DNA of 56,511 bases from Candidatus Binatia bacterium (GTDB lineage: Bacteria; Desulfobacterota; Binatia; HRBIN30): positions 1 through 56,511 of the forward strand of contig JBBRSP010000036.1 of the NCBI GenBank assembly GCA_038245295.1. The letters are read 5' to 3'. Under the pieces are notes generated by a model, which had not been told where the DNA came from, searched no databases, and saw nothing but the letters and a program-made list of their open reading frames with translations. Shown here one piece after another: positions 19,541 through 29,539 of this stretch. Within the stretch, counting starts at the first letter, position 1. Each line of letters starts with the position of its first letter. The translations under genes and the position numbers were made by a program.

Positions 19541-19578
19541 CATTGTGCTCCAGCGCTGGTGCTGCCGTGGGCCTGGGT

Positions 19579-22500
19579 TCAGAGGTGCGACGACACACAC
19601 GACAGTCGCATCTTGGTCACCTTCGATTTTGGTCGCGGGAACGTGTTGTCCTTCGTCTTCGTGCGGATCGTTAGGCGGCGCTTGCTGATATCCTTCTTTT
19701 GCGGCGCGACCAGCAGGTCCATTTGCATGGGCGCGCTGCACAGGTTCGGGTGTGTAAACGGCACGCCGTTGGCATAACCGGCACCAGGGTTCTGCGGGTC
19801 GAGGAGTGTTGTAAGCGCTGTGTTCAACGCCGCGATGTTTGCCGACGCGAGTGGGCCGATGATAGGCACGTTGGCCGCGGCCGTCGACAGGGCCTTCACC
19901 TCGACTGAGCTGATGCCGTTGCCGGGTTGCACGCAGGCCAGTGTGGAGTCGTCCGTATTGAGGCAGACGACGACTGTCAGCCGGCAGTAACCGACGCCCG
20001 GGTTGCTGTCGCAGGTCGGATCGTTGTCGACGCAAGTCTGATCGCGATCGAGCAGGTTGAACTTATCCGGCGCGTTGTTGGGGTTGACGACGTGGAACTC
20101 GAGTTGGCAGCCGTACTTGTCCTTGGCCGGATTCTTACGCTCGCCACGAATCAAGGCGTCATAGGTGCAGTCTTCGCCCGGTCCAGAAGGGCAGGCGTCG
20201 GGGGTAGCCGTTTGGTTGCCGTCGTCACATTCTTCACCGAGGTCGGGGACTCCATTGCCGCAGCAGTTGGGCACCGTCTCGGGCGAACAGGCTCCACTGT
20301 GGCAGACGTTCTTACAGAAATTGTTGTCGGAGCCGGCGCACGGGGCGCCTTCGCTGCGTACCGCATCGGTCGGGCAGATCGGGCTCGTCCCGTCGCATGA
20401 TTCCGCGATGTCGCAGAACTCGGCGGCGGCGCGGCATTCGAACCCGCTGGGGCGGACCACATCGGCAGGGCAGTCTGCGCTGCTCCCGTCGCACGTCTCG
20501 GTGATGTCACAGGTGCCGGCGCTCGCACGGCACGTGAAGCCGCTCGCCCGTCGAGCATCGGAGGGGCAGTTGTTTGTTGTGCCGTCGCATGTCTCGTCGA
20601 TGTCGCAAGCGCCGGTAGCCGGTCGACAAACACTGGTAAGCTTGAGGTCGGTGGTGCACGCTTTGTTGCTTCCGTCGCAGTAGTCGACCGCGTCGCAGTC
20701 TCCGGCGGCGGCTCGGCACGGGGTCAGGTTATCGGCGACCTGATCGGACGGACACGTTGTGTCAAAACCGTTGCAGAGCTCGGCGACATCGCAGCTGCCT
20801 GAGCTGCTGCGGCAAACCGTGGTATCCGGCTCGACGGCATCTTCCGGACAGTCGTCGCTGACGCCATCACAGAAGTCGGCGACGTCACACGCTCCGACAT
20901 CGGCGCGGCACAGGTAAGAGGTCGATCGTTTGCTATCGGTTGGGCAGGCGGCGGCGGAGCCGCTGCAGTTCTCGGCAACGTCACAGTCGCCGGCGGCGGT
21001 GCGACAGCTGAAGGTCGTTGGCCGGAATACATCGGTTGGACATTGGGCGCTGCTGCCGGTGCAGTTCTCGGCGACGTCACAGACGTCGGCTGCGGCGCGG
21101 CACTCTTCGCCTGCACCAACCAAGATATCGACCGGGCATGGTTTGCTACCGTCGCAGAATTCGGCGACGTCGCAGGTGCCGGCGGGGGCGCGGCAGAGAA
21201 CACCCGGGTTCTGGGTCAGATCGGCCGGGCAGGCGGTGCTGAGGCCGGAGCACGCCTCCGCGATATCACACTCGCCGGTCTGGGCGCGGCAGACGAATCC
21301 AGATGGTCTCAGACTGTCGGCCGGGCAGGCAATGCTGCTGCCGGTGCAGTTTTCCGCCGGATCACACGCCCCTGCCGAGGCGCGACAGACTGTGCTTGAG
21401 GGCAATACGGAATCCGTCGGGCATAGATTGGTGGCGCCGGGGCACGTCTCGACGTTGTCGCAAACGTCGGCGGCGGCGCGGCAGACGAAGCCCGAGGGGC
21501 GTTTGCTATCCGTTGGGCATAGCGGGCCGGTGCCAGTGCATGTCTCCGCCACGTCACACCCGCCGGCGGCTTCCACCCGGCAGACGGTTGTCGACGCAGC
21601 AAAGCCATTCGTCGGACAATCGTTGTTGACGCCGTCACACGTTTCGGCCACGTCGCAGATGCCGGACGCGGCTCGACATGTAAAGGACGTCGCCCCCTTG
21701 ATGTCTGTCGGGCAAGCCGGATGAACGTTGTCGCAGAACTCGGCGACGTCGCAGTCGCCGCCGGCGGCGCGGCAGAGGTGACTGGAATCGAGAACCTGAT
21801 CGACGGGGCACGTCGGGTTGGCGCCATCGCAACGATCGTCGATGTCGCAGGCGCCGTTTGCCGGCCGGCAGATGAAGCTGTTGTTCTTGATCGGGTGAAT
21901 GCAGGTGTCGAGCACGCCGTTACAGATGTCGCTAGTGCAGACGAATCCGTCATCGGTGCACGCGGTACCGCTGGGGATCTTGCTGTCACCGGGGCAGGTG
22001 GCGCTGGCGCCGGTGCAGAACTCGACGGCATCACACTCGCCCGCGGCGTTGCGGCAGGTAGCGCTTGTTGGCTGAAACTTGCAGATCGAGTTGCAGCAGA
22101 GGCTGCCGACGATGGCGGTGTCGCAGTCTTCACCAAGCGAGCTCTCCACAATCCCATCGCCGCACAGCGATGCGACGGACACATCAACGAAGTGGCCGTC
22201 ATTGGTCTGATTGCGGCTGCCCTGGCCCGGGTAGGAGCCGGCCCCGCCACCTGAAATACCCAGGCGTACGGCAGCGTCGTCGCCGCCGCTGACCAGGGTA
22301 TTGGCGCTGTCGGCGTACTGCGACCACGTGAAACGCAGGGAATGGCTTTGGGCGGCTCCATAGCTACTGCCGTCAATCGTCGCATTGGCCGACTGGCTGA
22401 TCTGGATGTCGTGTGTGCCGTTGCCGTCGGTTGTGCCGTCGGTGCTCAGCGACAGGCCGCCCGTCGAAAGCGCCGGGCCGCCGGTGACCGAGCCCGAAAC

Positions 22501-22905
22501 ATTCGAGATGTGCGCGTGCCCATCGCCGTTGCTTTCGACGACCGTCAGCGCGCCGAGCATATGACTAGCGACCGTCAAACGATACGACGCGGGTGCGGTA
22601 ACCTGGAAGGATATCGAGTAATCTGTGTTCAGGGTTTCGGTTGCCCCGGCAAAGACTCCGACGATGCGTCGCGTGACAGCACTGTAGGTAGCGTGGAACG
22701 AGGCGCCGCTGCCGCTGGAGCTAACCGCCGATGTGCGTTGAAACTGCTGTCCCGAGTCGCCTTCATCGCCGTCGTTGCCGGCGTTCTTTGCAACTGAAAA
22801 ATTCGTAATCGATTGGCCGAAGGCACTGCCCGCCAGATTGGTAAGGGCCAGCAGGGCGATGACAACGCGTGTCACCCGGCATAGGGACGCAAGGCTCGTT
22901 CGCAT
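19579..22905 (-). CDS. Secreted Cys-rich protein with about 17 tandem disintegrin-like repeats
   Basis: Signal peptide after ATG 22905 (GAGGAG RBS); repeats of CRxxxGxCDxxExCxGxxxxCPxD; CGDG/CGNG..GEECDDG myxobacterial-type motifs. Confidence 0.88.
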   Translation of the reverse strand: MRTSLASLCRVTRVVIALLALTNLAGSAFGQSITNFSVAKNAGNDGDEGDSGQQFQRTSAVSSSGSGASFHATYSAVTRRIVGVFAGATETLNTDYSISFQVTAPASYRLTVASHMLGALTVVESNGDGHAHISNVSGSVTGGPALSTGGLSLSTDGTTDGNGTHDIQISQSANATIDGSSYGAAQSHSLRFTWSQYADSANTLVSGGDDAAVRLGISGGGAGSYPGQGSRNQTNDGHFVDVSVASLCGDGIVESSLGEDCDTAIVGSLCCNSICKFQPTSATCRNAAGECDAVEFCTGASATCPGDSKIPSGTACTDDGFVCTSDICNGVLDTCIHPIKNNSFICRPANGACDIDDRCDGANPTCPVDQVLDSSHLCRAAGGDCDVAEFCDNVHPACPTDIKGATSFTCRAASGICDVAETCDGVNNDCPTNGFAASTTVCRVEAAGGCDVAETCTGTGPLCPTDSKRPSGFVCRAAADVCDNVETCPGATNLCPTDSVLPSSTVCRASAGACDPAENCTGSSIACPADSLRPSGFVCRAQTGECDIAEACSGLSTACPADLTQNPGVLCRAPAGTCDVAEFCDGSKPCPVDILVGAGEECRAAADVCDVAENCTGSSAQCPTDVFRPTTFSCRTAAGDCDVAENCSGSAAACPTDSKRSTSYLCRADVGACDVADFCDGVSDDCPEDAVEPDTTVCRSSSGSCDVAELCNGFDTTCPSDQVADNLTPCRAAAGDCDAVDYCDGSNKACTTDLKLTSVCRPATGACDIDETCDGTTNNCPSDARRASGFTCRASAGTCDITETCDGSSADCPADVVRPSGFECRAAAEFCDIAESCDGTSPICPTDAVRSEGAPCAGSDNNFCKNVCHSGACSPETVPNCCGNGVPDLGEECDDGNQTATPDACPSGPGEDCTYDALIRGERKNPAKDKYGCQLEFHVVNPNNAPDKFNLLDRDQTCVDNDPTCDSNPGVGYCRLTVVVCLNTDDSTLACVQPGNGISSVEVKALSTAAANVPIIGPLASANIAALNTALTTLLDPQNPGAGYANGVPFTHPNLCSAPMQMDLLVAPQKKDISKRRLTIRTKTKDNTFPRPKSKVTKMRLSCVSSHL

Positions 22906-23061
22906 GTACACTCCTCGGGCGGTTTGCCGCCGTATGCAAGACTCAGAAAACAAAACGATACTTGCGTTATGACTGCTCAGGGTCGCAATTGTCAAAGAAT
23001 TTCTGCACCGGGGGGAGTTGCGGCGGTGTGCGACACGGGCATGGGGGGCCGGAAAATGTAG

Positions 23062-24348
23062 TCAGGCAGCGCCGAGCTCGACGCGCGCTCGCAGAGAGTC
23101 CCAGGTGCCACATTGCCGACAGCGCGCCGCCCAGTCGAGGTGCCGACAGGCGCAGTTCTGACATTCATGTTCAAACGGCGCGTCGCTGGCGCGGGCGAAA
23201 GCGGCGGTCGCCTGCTCGAGATTGCCCCGCAACTGTTCTACCTGCCCCCAGAGGCGGTGAAACAGCGCGGGCGGATGATCCGTAGCCGCGACCATCTGCA
23301 ACTCACGGGTCGCATCATCGGCGCGTTTGTCGTCGACCCACAATTGGGCGGTCAGCATATGCAGCGCGTCCGCGTTGACCTGTGTGCCTCGCAGTTTGCG
23401 CAAAACCGTGCGGATCCGATCACGATGGCGGGTATCCTGGGCAAGTTGGGCGAGGCGTTCGACCAAGACCGTACGCGGCGTCGCGCGCAACGCCTTCTCC
23501 CAGACAGCGGATGCCTCGTCGAGGCGCGTTGCCTTCGCCAAGGCGTCGCCGAGACTGACCATGACCGGTACGACGGGCGTTCGAGTAGCGGCCAGCCCCT
23601 CCAGGGTGCCGAGCCGTACCGCCGCGTCACGCTCGCTCATCGCCGCTTCGTACTGGAACCAGAGTAGGCGCTGCTGCTCGACGGGATAGGTTTGTGCGTC
23701 ACCGATCGTGCGCAGCAACTGTTCCTGGGTGACGGCTGCTTCGCGCCAGCGCTCGGTTTCGGCATAGGCATCGCGGAGGGCTCGTAGGACACGCGCCGCG
23801 CGCGGATGCAGCGCCCGCACGCGCTCCAACACTTCGACGCGCGGCAGCTTTTCACCGGCCAGGTGATGTACTTCGGCAAGAGCCATCAGGATGTCTGGAT
23901 GTGTGTGCAGTTGCGTCGCGGCATCGAACAACACGGCACGGGCGCGGTGCAGCTCACCGGTATCTTGATATGACTGCGCCAATGCCAGGGCGGCGCTGGC
24001 GTCCTCGGGGCGGCGCTGCCAGGCTTTCTGGAGCAGAGCCCGACCACGTTGGGCGTCGCCGGCCCAGATCAGTTGGTCGGCGCTATCGGCCCACTGCGTG
24101 ATGCGGTCGCTGCGTCGCTGTGCCCGGCCACTGCGCCAGGAGCGGAAAGCACGGCGCGTCGATTGCAACCCCGCCAGGGTCAGTGTGGCTACGACTCCGG
24201 TGACGAATGCTCCGCCTACCAGAGCCCCGAGATTCCAATGGAAGATCGTCGTCGCGCTGAGGCGGAAATCGACGAAGTCGCCATTCTGCAGCACCAGGTA
24301 GATGACCAGGCTGACCATGGCGAGACCGATGAGAATGGCGCGCTGCAC
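23062..24348 (-). CDS. LapA/LapB-like membrane-anchored TPR protein with C-terminal rubredoxin-type CxxC..CxxC
   Basis: N-terminal TM-QN-TM (LapA-like), helical TPR-like body, C-terminal CQNC..W..RCRQCGTWDS. Confidence 0.78.
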   Translation of the reverse strand: MQRAILIGLAMVSLVIYLVLQNGDFVDFRLSATTIFHWNLGALVGGAFVTGVVATLTLAGLQSTRRAFRSWRSGRAQRRSDRITQWADSADQLIWAGDAQRGRALLQKAWQRRPEDASAALALAQSYQDTGELHRARAVLFDAATQLHTHPDILMALAEVHHLAGEKLPRVEVLERVRALHPRAARVLRALRDAYAETERWREAAVTQEQLLRTIGDAQTYPVEQQRLLWFQYEAAMSERDAAVRLGTLEGLAATRTPVVPVMVSLGDALAKATRLDEASAVWEKALRATPRTVLVERLAQLAQDTRHRDRIRTVLRKLRGTQVNADALHMLTAQLWVDDKRADDATRELQMVAATDHPPALFHRLWGQVEQLRGNLEQATAAFARASDAPFEHECQNCACRHLDWAARCRQCGTWDSLRARVELGAA

Positions 24349-24360
24349 GTGGAGTCTCCG

Positions 24361-24762
24361 CTATCTTGATTGTGGCGTTAGCTGCAAGTCTTCAACTTGA
24401 GCCGCCAGCGCCTTCGGTAGTTTTAGGTGTGTCGCCCGAGCCCACAGCCGCTCGAGGCCGTAAAACTCGCGCGCCGGCTCAACAAAGATGTGGACGACGA
24501 TATCGGCAAAGTCCATGACCACCCACTGGCCGTGCGGGTATCCCTCGATCGACAGCGGATGCTCGCCGGTTTGCCGCAATTCGTGCTCGACGCTCTGCGC
24601 AATGGCTTGCACCTGGGTGTCCGATCGCCCGGTACAGATGACGAAGAAGTCGGCCAGGGAGGAGAGTTTGCGAACGTCGAGGACAATCAAGTCGTAGGAT
24701 TTGCGGTCGAGAGCGCCTTTGGCGCAGAGCAGGGCGCGGGCCCGGGAAGTGCGAGGCTTCAC
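24361..24762 (-). CDS. rsfS: Ribosome silencing factor
   Basis: ADFFVICTGRSDTQVQAI, WVVMDFADIVVHIF..REFYGLERLW. Confidence 0.95.
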   Translation of the reverse strand: MKPRTSRARALLCAKGALDRKSYDLIVLDVRKLSSLADFFVICTGRSDTQVQAIAQSVEHELRQTGEHPLSIEGYPHGQWVVMDFADIVVHIFVEPAREFYGLERLWARATHLKLPKALAAQVEDLQLTPQSR

Positions 24763-25436
24763 GCAGTTGTCCTCTTTCTTCGATAGAGATCGTGACGTTC
24801 AATGTATGCCTGCACCGCGGCGGGAACCAAATAGCGAATCGACAGGCCGTCGGCGACGCGCTGGCGAATGTCGGAGGCCGAGATATCGAGATCGCGCAGG
24901 CGATGAAACCAGATGCGATGTCCGCTCACGTGTTCCAGAACATTTGTCTTGGCTCGGTAGCAAAAGTCTTCCCGGGCAACAACCGGAACCAGGCGAGACA
25001 GCCGCGGCACAGGCTCGGGCGGGCGCGACATGACGACGATGTCACACAAGTGAAACAGGCTGCGAACTTCCTTCCACGTGGCGATCTCGCGGAACGCGTC
25101 GATGCCGATCAGGAAGGTGAGAGCCGCGCCGCGGTAGCGTGTCTGTAACGCACGCAGCGTGTCAACGGAGTAGGAACGGCCGCGCCGGTTGATTTCGATT
25201 GCCGAGGCTTCGAAGTGACGTGCGCCGCGGATCGCCAGTTTGACCATCGCCAGCCGGTGTGCCGCTGGAGTGACGCGGCTCGAATGCTTGTGCGGCGGTA
25301 CGGCGCTCGGGATGAATAGGATGCGATCGAGAGAGTAAGCTTCGCGGATTTCTTCGGCGCAACGCAGATGAGCCGTGTGGATCGGGTCGAACGTGCCGCC
25401 CAGGATGCCGATGCGAAGGGGCGCCGCTGCTCTCAC
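24759..25436 (-). CDS. nadD: Nicotinate-nucleotide adenylyltransferase
   Basis: GGTFDPIHTAH, PPHK, SYSVDTL, ISASDIR. Confidence 0.95.
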   Translation of the reverse strand: MRAAAPLRIGILGGTFDPIHTAHLRCAEEIREAYSLDRILFIPSAVPPHKHSSRVTPAAHRLAMVKLAIRGARHFEASAIEINRRGRSYSVDTLRALQTRYRGAALTFLIGIDAFREIATWKEVRSLFHLCDIVVMSRPPEPVPRLSRLVPVVAREDFCYRAKTNVLEHVSGHRIWFHRLRDLDISASDIRQRVADGLSIRYLVPAAVQAYIERHDLYRRKRTTA

Positions 25437-26689
25437 TCGCGGATCTGCCCGTCACCGGAGACGATGTATTTGTAGGTGGTGAGCTCGCGCAGGCCCATCG
25501 GCCCACGGGCGTGCAGCCGGTTGGTCGAAATGCCGATCTCGGCGCCGAAACCGAACTCGTAGCCGTCGGTGAAGCGCGTCGACGCATTGACGTACACGGC
25601 GGCCGAGTCGACCGCTGCCTGAAAGCGCCGCGCATGGTCGTAGTCGCGCGTGACGATGGCGTCCGAGTGGCCTGTGCCATGGGTGTTGATGAAGGTGATC
25701 GCCTCGTCGAGCGAGTCGACGACCTTCACCGCCAGGATGAGCTCGAGATACTCCGTGCGCCAGTCTTCGTCGCTGGCCGGCTTGATGCCGGCGACGATCT
25801 CGCGGGTGCGGTCGCAGCCACGGATCTCCACCTTGGCGTCGGCGAATCGTTTCAGCATCGCCGGCAGGAAGGCCTTGGCGACCTTGGCGTTGACCAACAT
25901 ATTCTCCATGGCGTTGCAGACGCCCGGCCGCTGCACCTTGGCGTTGAAACAGATGCTCTCGGCCATGGCGAGGTCGGCGAATTCATCGACATAGGTGTGG
26001 CAGACGCCGGCATAGTGCTGAACGACGGGAATCTTGGACTCGGCGGTGATGGCGCGGATCAAGCTCTCGCCACCGCGCGGCACGATGACGTCGATGTACT
26101 CGCTTTGCTGCAACAACGTCTGGGTCGCCAGCCGGTCGGTGCTCGGCACTAGCTGGACGGCCGCCGCCGGGAGTCCGCAGTGGGCCGCCGTGTGGGCGAG
26201 AATGGCAGCGATCGCCGTGTTCGTCCGGATCGCTTCCTTGCCGCCCTTGAGAACGACGGCGTTGCCCGACTTGATGCACAATGCCGCCGCGTCCGCCGTG
26301 ACGTTCGGCCGCGACTCGTAGATGATGCCGACGACACCGAGCGGGATTCGCACCTGGGCGATATCCAGCCCGTTGGGGCGGCGCCAGCGGCTGATGGTTT
26401 CACCGACCGGATCGGCTAGCGCGGCAATCTCTTCCAGTCCCGTCGCCATGGCGTCGATCCGCGCCGTCGTGATCGTGAGTCGATCCAGCAGGGCGGTCGA
26501 CAAGCCGGCGGCGCGGCCGTTTTCGACGTCGATGGCGTTGGCCTTCAGCAGGCCGTGGCCAGCCTGGCGCAACGCCACCGCCGACTCGCTGAGCCAGCGG
26601 TTCTTCTGCGTTGTCGAGGCTGCGGCCACAAGACGCGCGCTGGCGCGAGCTTGTTTGCACAATTCGATCGTCTGTTGGCGAATATCCAC
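25433..26689 (-). CDS. proA: Glutamate-5-semialdehyde dehydrogenase
   Basis: PLGVVGIIYESRPNVT, PRGG, VCNA, NASTRFTDG..FGFGAEIGIST..HARGPMG; start estimated at GTG 26689. Confidence 0.95.
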   Translation of the reverse strand: MDIRQQTIELCKQARASARLVAAASTTQKNRWLSESAVALRQAGHGLLKANAIDVENGRAAGLSTALLDRLTITTARIDAMATGLEEIAALADPVGETISRWRRPNGLDIAQVRIPLGVVGIIYESRPNVTADAAALCIKSGNAVVLKGGKEAIRTNTAIAAILAHTAAHCGLPAAAVQLVPSTDRLATQTLLQQSEYIDVIVPRGGESLIRAITAESKIPVVQHYAGVCHTYVDEFADLAMAESICFNAKVQRPGVCNAMENMLVNAKVAKAFLPAMLKRFADAKVEIRGCDRTREIVAGIKPASDEDWRTEYLELILAVKVVDSLDEAITFINTHGTGHSDAIVTRDYDHARRFQAAVDSAAVYVNASTRFTDGYEFGFGAEIGISTNRLHARGPMGLRELTTYKYIVSGDGQIRE

Positions 26690-26837
26690 GACGAGCGACG
26701 ATACAGAAACGCGGCGGTCGCGCAAAGACCCCACTCGAACTTCTGCCTCGACAAGCGTTGGACGCCGACACACGCGCGGACACGGGCGTTGACGCGGATT
26801 CGCGTTCCCGGATACGGAACCCCGTGGAGGATTTCCC

Positions 26838-27611
26838 ATGATCAGAGTCTACGAACATCCGCTGTCGCCGTTCGCGCAGAAGGTGAAGATCGCTCTGTAC
26901 GAGAAGAACATCGACTTCGAGGCCGTAACCCCCGACATCTTCGGCGACGGGACACCTGACTTTGTAACCTCGAGCCCGCGTCGCGAGGTGCCAAGCCTGG
27001 TGGACGGCGAGGTCACTGTTTTCGACTCGACGATCATTCTCGAATACATCGAAGATAAGTTCCCCGAGCCGCCGCTCCTGCCGGCCAGCCCGGCCGAACG
27101 CGCCCGGGTCCGTATGATCGAAGAGCTCTGCGACACCTATTACGAAGCGATCAATTGGGGCATCGCCGAGATCCGGGTTTTTGGCCGGGCAACCGGCGAG
27201 CTCGCCGATCAGATGCTGCAACGGGCCGAAGCGCAGATCCGTGGCATGCATGTGCGGCTCGAACGCGAACTGGCTGGGCGCGACTACTTCAACGGCACGC
27301 GTTTCGGCTGGGGCGATCTGAGCGTCTATCCGTACGTCACCGCTTCCGCGGGTTACGGCGTGGCACCGGCGGGAGCCCTCGCTGCCTGGCTGGCGCGCGT
27401 TAGCGAGCGCGACAGCATACAGAAGTGCGCCGCCGCCGCCCTCGAAGCCCTTGCCGGCTTTCAAAACCTCGCGCCGATCATCGAGCAGGGGTTGTTCGTC
27501 CGCGAGTATCGCGATCACCGTCTCGAATGGATGCTGCGCACTGGTGGCTCACAGGTGGTGCTCGACGGACTGGCCAAGAAGAACATCCGGTTCTCCGTCG
27601 AATTCGATTGA
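26838..27611 (+). CDS. Glutathione S-transferase family protein
   Basis: SPFAQKVKIAL.EK, VPSL, DSTIILEYIE. Confidence 0.92.
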   Translation: MIRVYEHPLSPFAQKVKIALYEKNIDFEAVTPDIFGDGTPDFVTSSPRREVPSLVDGEVTVFDSTIILEYIEDKFPEPPLLPASPAERARVRMIEELCDTYYEAINWGIAEIRVFGRATGELADQMLQRAEAQIRGMHVRLERELAGRDYFNGTRFGWGDLSVYPYVTASAGYGVAPAGALAAWLARVSERDSIQKCAAAALEALAGFQNLAPIIEQGLFVREYRDHRLEWMLRTGGSQVVLDGLAKKNIRFSVEFD

Positions 27612-27631
27612 CGGGGAGAGGAGTTTCTCGC

Positions 27632-27676
27632 TTGACGTCCGACCGATCGGCCGGTATTCTCCGACCGATCGGTCGG
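27632..27676 (+). promoter_or_regulatory. Sigma70-type promoter with two palindromic operators (probably TetR)
   Basis: TTGACG-17 bp-TATTCT; CCGACCGATCGGCCGG inside the spacer and perfect CCGACCGATCGGTCGG at 27661-27676. Confidence 0.8.
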
Positions 27677-27684
27677 TCTAATTC

Positions 27685-28362
27685 ATGAAAGTAGCAGCAG
27701 CGGTCGAGCTTGGGTCTCGCGACAAACTCCTCGATGCGGCGGAGACCCTATTCTCGCGTCGCGGCTACGCCGGGGTCGGCATGAGCGAAGTTGCCGAGGC
27801 GGTTGGTCTCGGAAAGTCGTCGCTGTTCCACCATTTCCGATCGAAGAGCGAACTGTATGCCGCCGTCGTCGGCCGCATCCTCGATTTGTTCGAGCGCCGG
27901 ACCACGGAAGCGCTGGCCGCCGGCGGTAGCCCGGCCCTGCGCTTCGATCGCTGGCTCGACGCGTTGATGGACACACTGGCCGAGCATCACTCGTCGTCGC
28001 GGTTGTTACTGCGTTCGCTGTTCGAAGACGATGAACTGACCGGCGCCAGCGAAGAAGAGCAGCGTGTCGACCAGACGATCAAGCGGTTGTTTGGTTCGGT
28101 CGCTACCTTGCTCAAAGAGGGCATGGAGAGCGGCTACTTCCGCCTCGCCAGCATTCCGCATTTTCTGCAAAGCCTCGTCGGACTCACCGTCTACCACTTT
28201 GCCAGTGGTGAGTTCGGCGAGGAACTGTTCGGGCGTTCGGTGTTCTCGCCGACGCTGGTCAAGCAACGCAAACAAGAGGTGAAGGCGTTACTGCACCACG
28301 GGTTGATTGCCCACGCCCCGGTGCGACGCTCGCCAACAATAAAGGGAGGAGCCCCGTCATGA
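27685..28362 (+). CDS. TetR/AcrR family transcriptional regulator
   Basis: LLDAAETLFSRRGY...VAEAVGLGKSSLFHHFRSK HTH. Confidence 0.93.
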   Translation: MKVAAAVELGSRDKLLDAAETLFSRRGYAGVGMSEVAEAVGLGKSSLFHHFRSKSELYAAVVGRILDLFERRTTEALAAGGSPALRFDRWLDALMDTLAEHHSSSRLLLRSLFEDDELTGASEEEQRVDQTIKRLFGSVATLLKEGMESGYFRLASIPHFLQSLVGLTVYHFASGEFGEELFGRSVFSPTLVKQRKQEVKALLHHGLIAHAPVRRSPTIKGGAPS

Positions 28363-29435
28363 TCGAAAGAATCCTTGCTGAGCATCGCCGCAACATTGGC
28401 GACTTCGAGGTCGTCGACTTTGTTGACGAGAAGGTCGTAGCCGACCTGCGCGGCAAGCTCGATGTCGATGTGCCCATGGATCTGCACTGGACCTGGGAAT
28501 ACGGCAACGAGATCGAAGAGCTGCGCGCCCTCTACGAGCGCAGCAAAAAGGGCCAGTGGAATGCGGAGACCGACATCGATTGGTCGCAGCCGTTCCCGCA
28601 TGATGAATGGTTCATGCCCCGCGAGGGCGCACTCCTCCTGCCCTCGCTCCTGACGATGATGGGCGTCGATGAAGACACCTGCCGCCGCGCCGCTTTCGAT
28701 GAGTTCGCGTACTTGATGTCGCAGCTTCTGCATGGCGAACAGGCGGCTCTGCAACTGTGCGGTCAGCTGACCAACGCCTGCCCGACGATGGACCAGAAGT
28801 TCTATGCCGGTTCACAGGTCATCGATGAAGTTCGTCACGTTGAAGTAATCGCCAAGCTGCTGCAGCGTAAGATCGGCACCATCCACCCCATCGGCGGAAC
28901 ACTCAAGGTGCTGCTCGATCGTTTGCTCGAGGCGCCGACGTGGAAGTTGAAGACCCTCGGCATGCAGACCCTGTTCGAGGGAATGGCGGTTGGCATCTTC
29001 GATCAGGTGGCCCGTGCGACGACAAACCCGTTGCTCAAGGATATCGTCCGCCGCGTCCAGATCGACGAATCGCGTCACGCCGCCTTCGGGATTCTCTCGA
29101 TGCGTCAGGTCGTAAAGGATTCGACCCCCGAAGAGCTCGAGGAGATGGAGGACTTTGCCTTCTCGATCCTCGAAACGCTCAACGCCAATCAGCAGCTTGA
29201 TTTCCTGCGCACCGTCGGTGTGAAGTACGGCCTCGATCCCGATACCGTTCTGCAGACCGTCATGTCGCTGCCGGAGTGGCCGCAGATCAATAGCGACATT
29301 TACATGCACACGGTGGTCCCGAACCTGAAGCGCCTCGGTTTGATTACCGAGCGCACCGAGGACAAGTATCGCAAGATCGCCATCATCCATGGCGATCGTT
29401 TCGACGTGAAGCACGAGTTGCCGATCGTCAACTGA
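28359..29435 (+). CDS. Ferritin-like diiron-carboxylate protein (AurF-like oxygenase family)
   Basis: GEQAAL, DEVRH, EGMA, DESRH ligand pattern; QWNAETDIDW. Confidence 0.8.
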   Translation: MIERILAEHRRNIGDFEVVDFVDEKVVADLRGKLDVDVPMDLHWTWEYGNEIEELRALYERSKKGQWNAETDIDWSQPFPHDEWFMPREGALLLPSLLTMMGVDEDTCRRAAFDEFAYLMSQLLHGEQAALQLCGQLTNACPTMDQKFYAGSQVIDEVRHVEVIAKLLQRKIGTIHPIGGTLKVLLDRLLEAPTWKLKTLGMQTLFEGMAVGIFDQVARATTNPLLKDIVRRVQIDESRHAAFGILSMRQVVKDSTPEELEEMEDFAFSILETLNANQQLDFLRTVGVKYGLDPDTVLQTVMSLPEWPQINSDIYMHTVVPNLKRLGLITERTEDKYRKIAIIHGDRFDVKHELPIVN

Positions 29436-29539
29436 CCGCGATGGCCGGGCCCTGCCGGTCTCGTGGATTGTCCGTGATTGCACCTCGGTGGGCCTGGAGC
29501 TCGCCGAGGTGCGACCGTTTCTGGGTCGAATGGTGGAAC

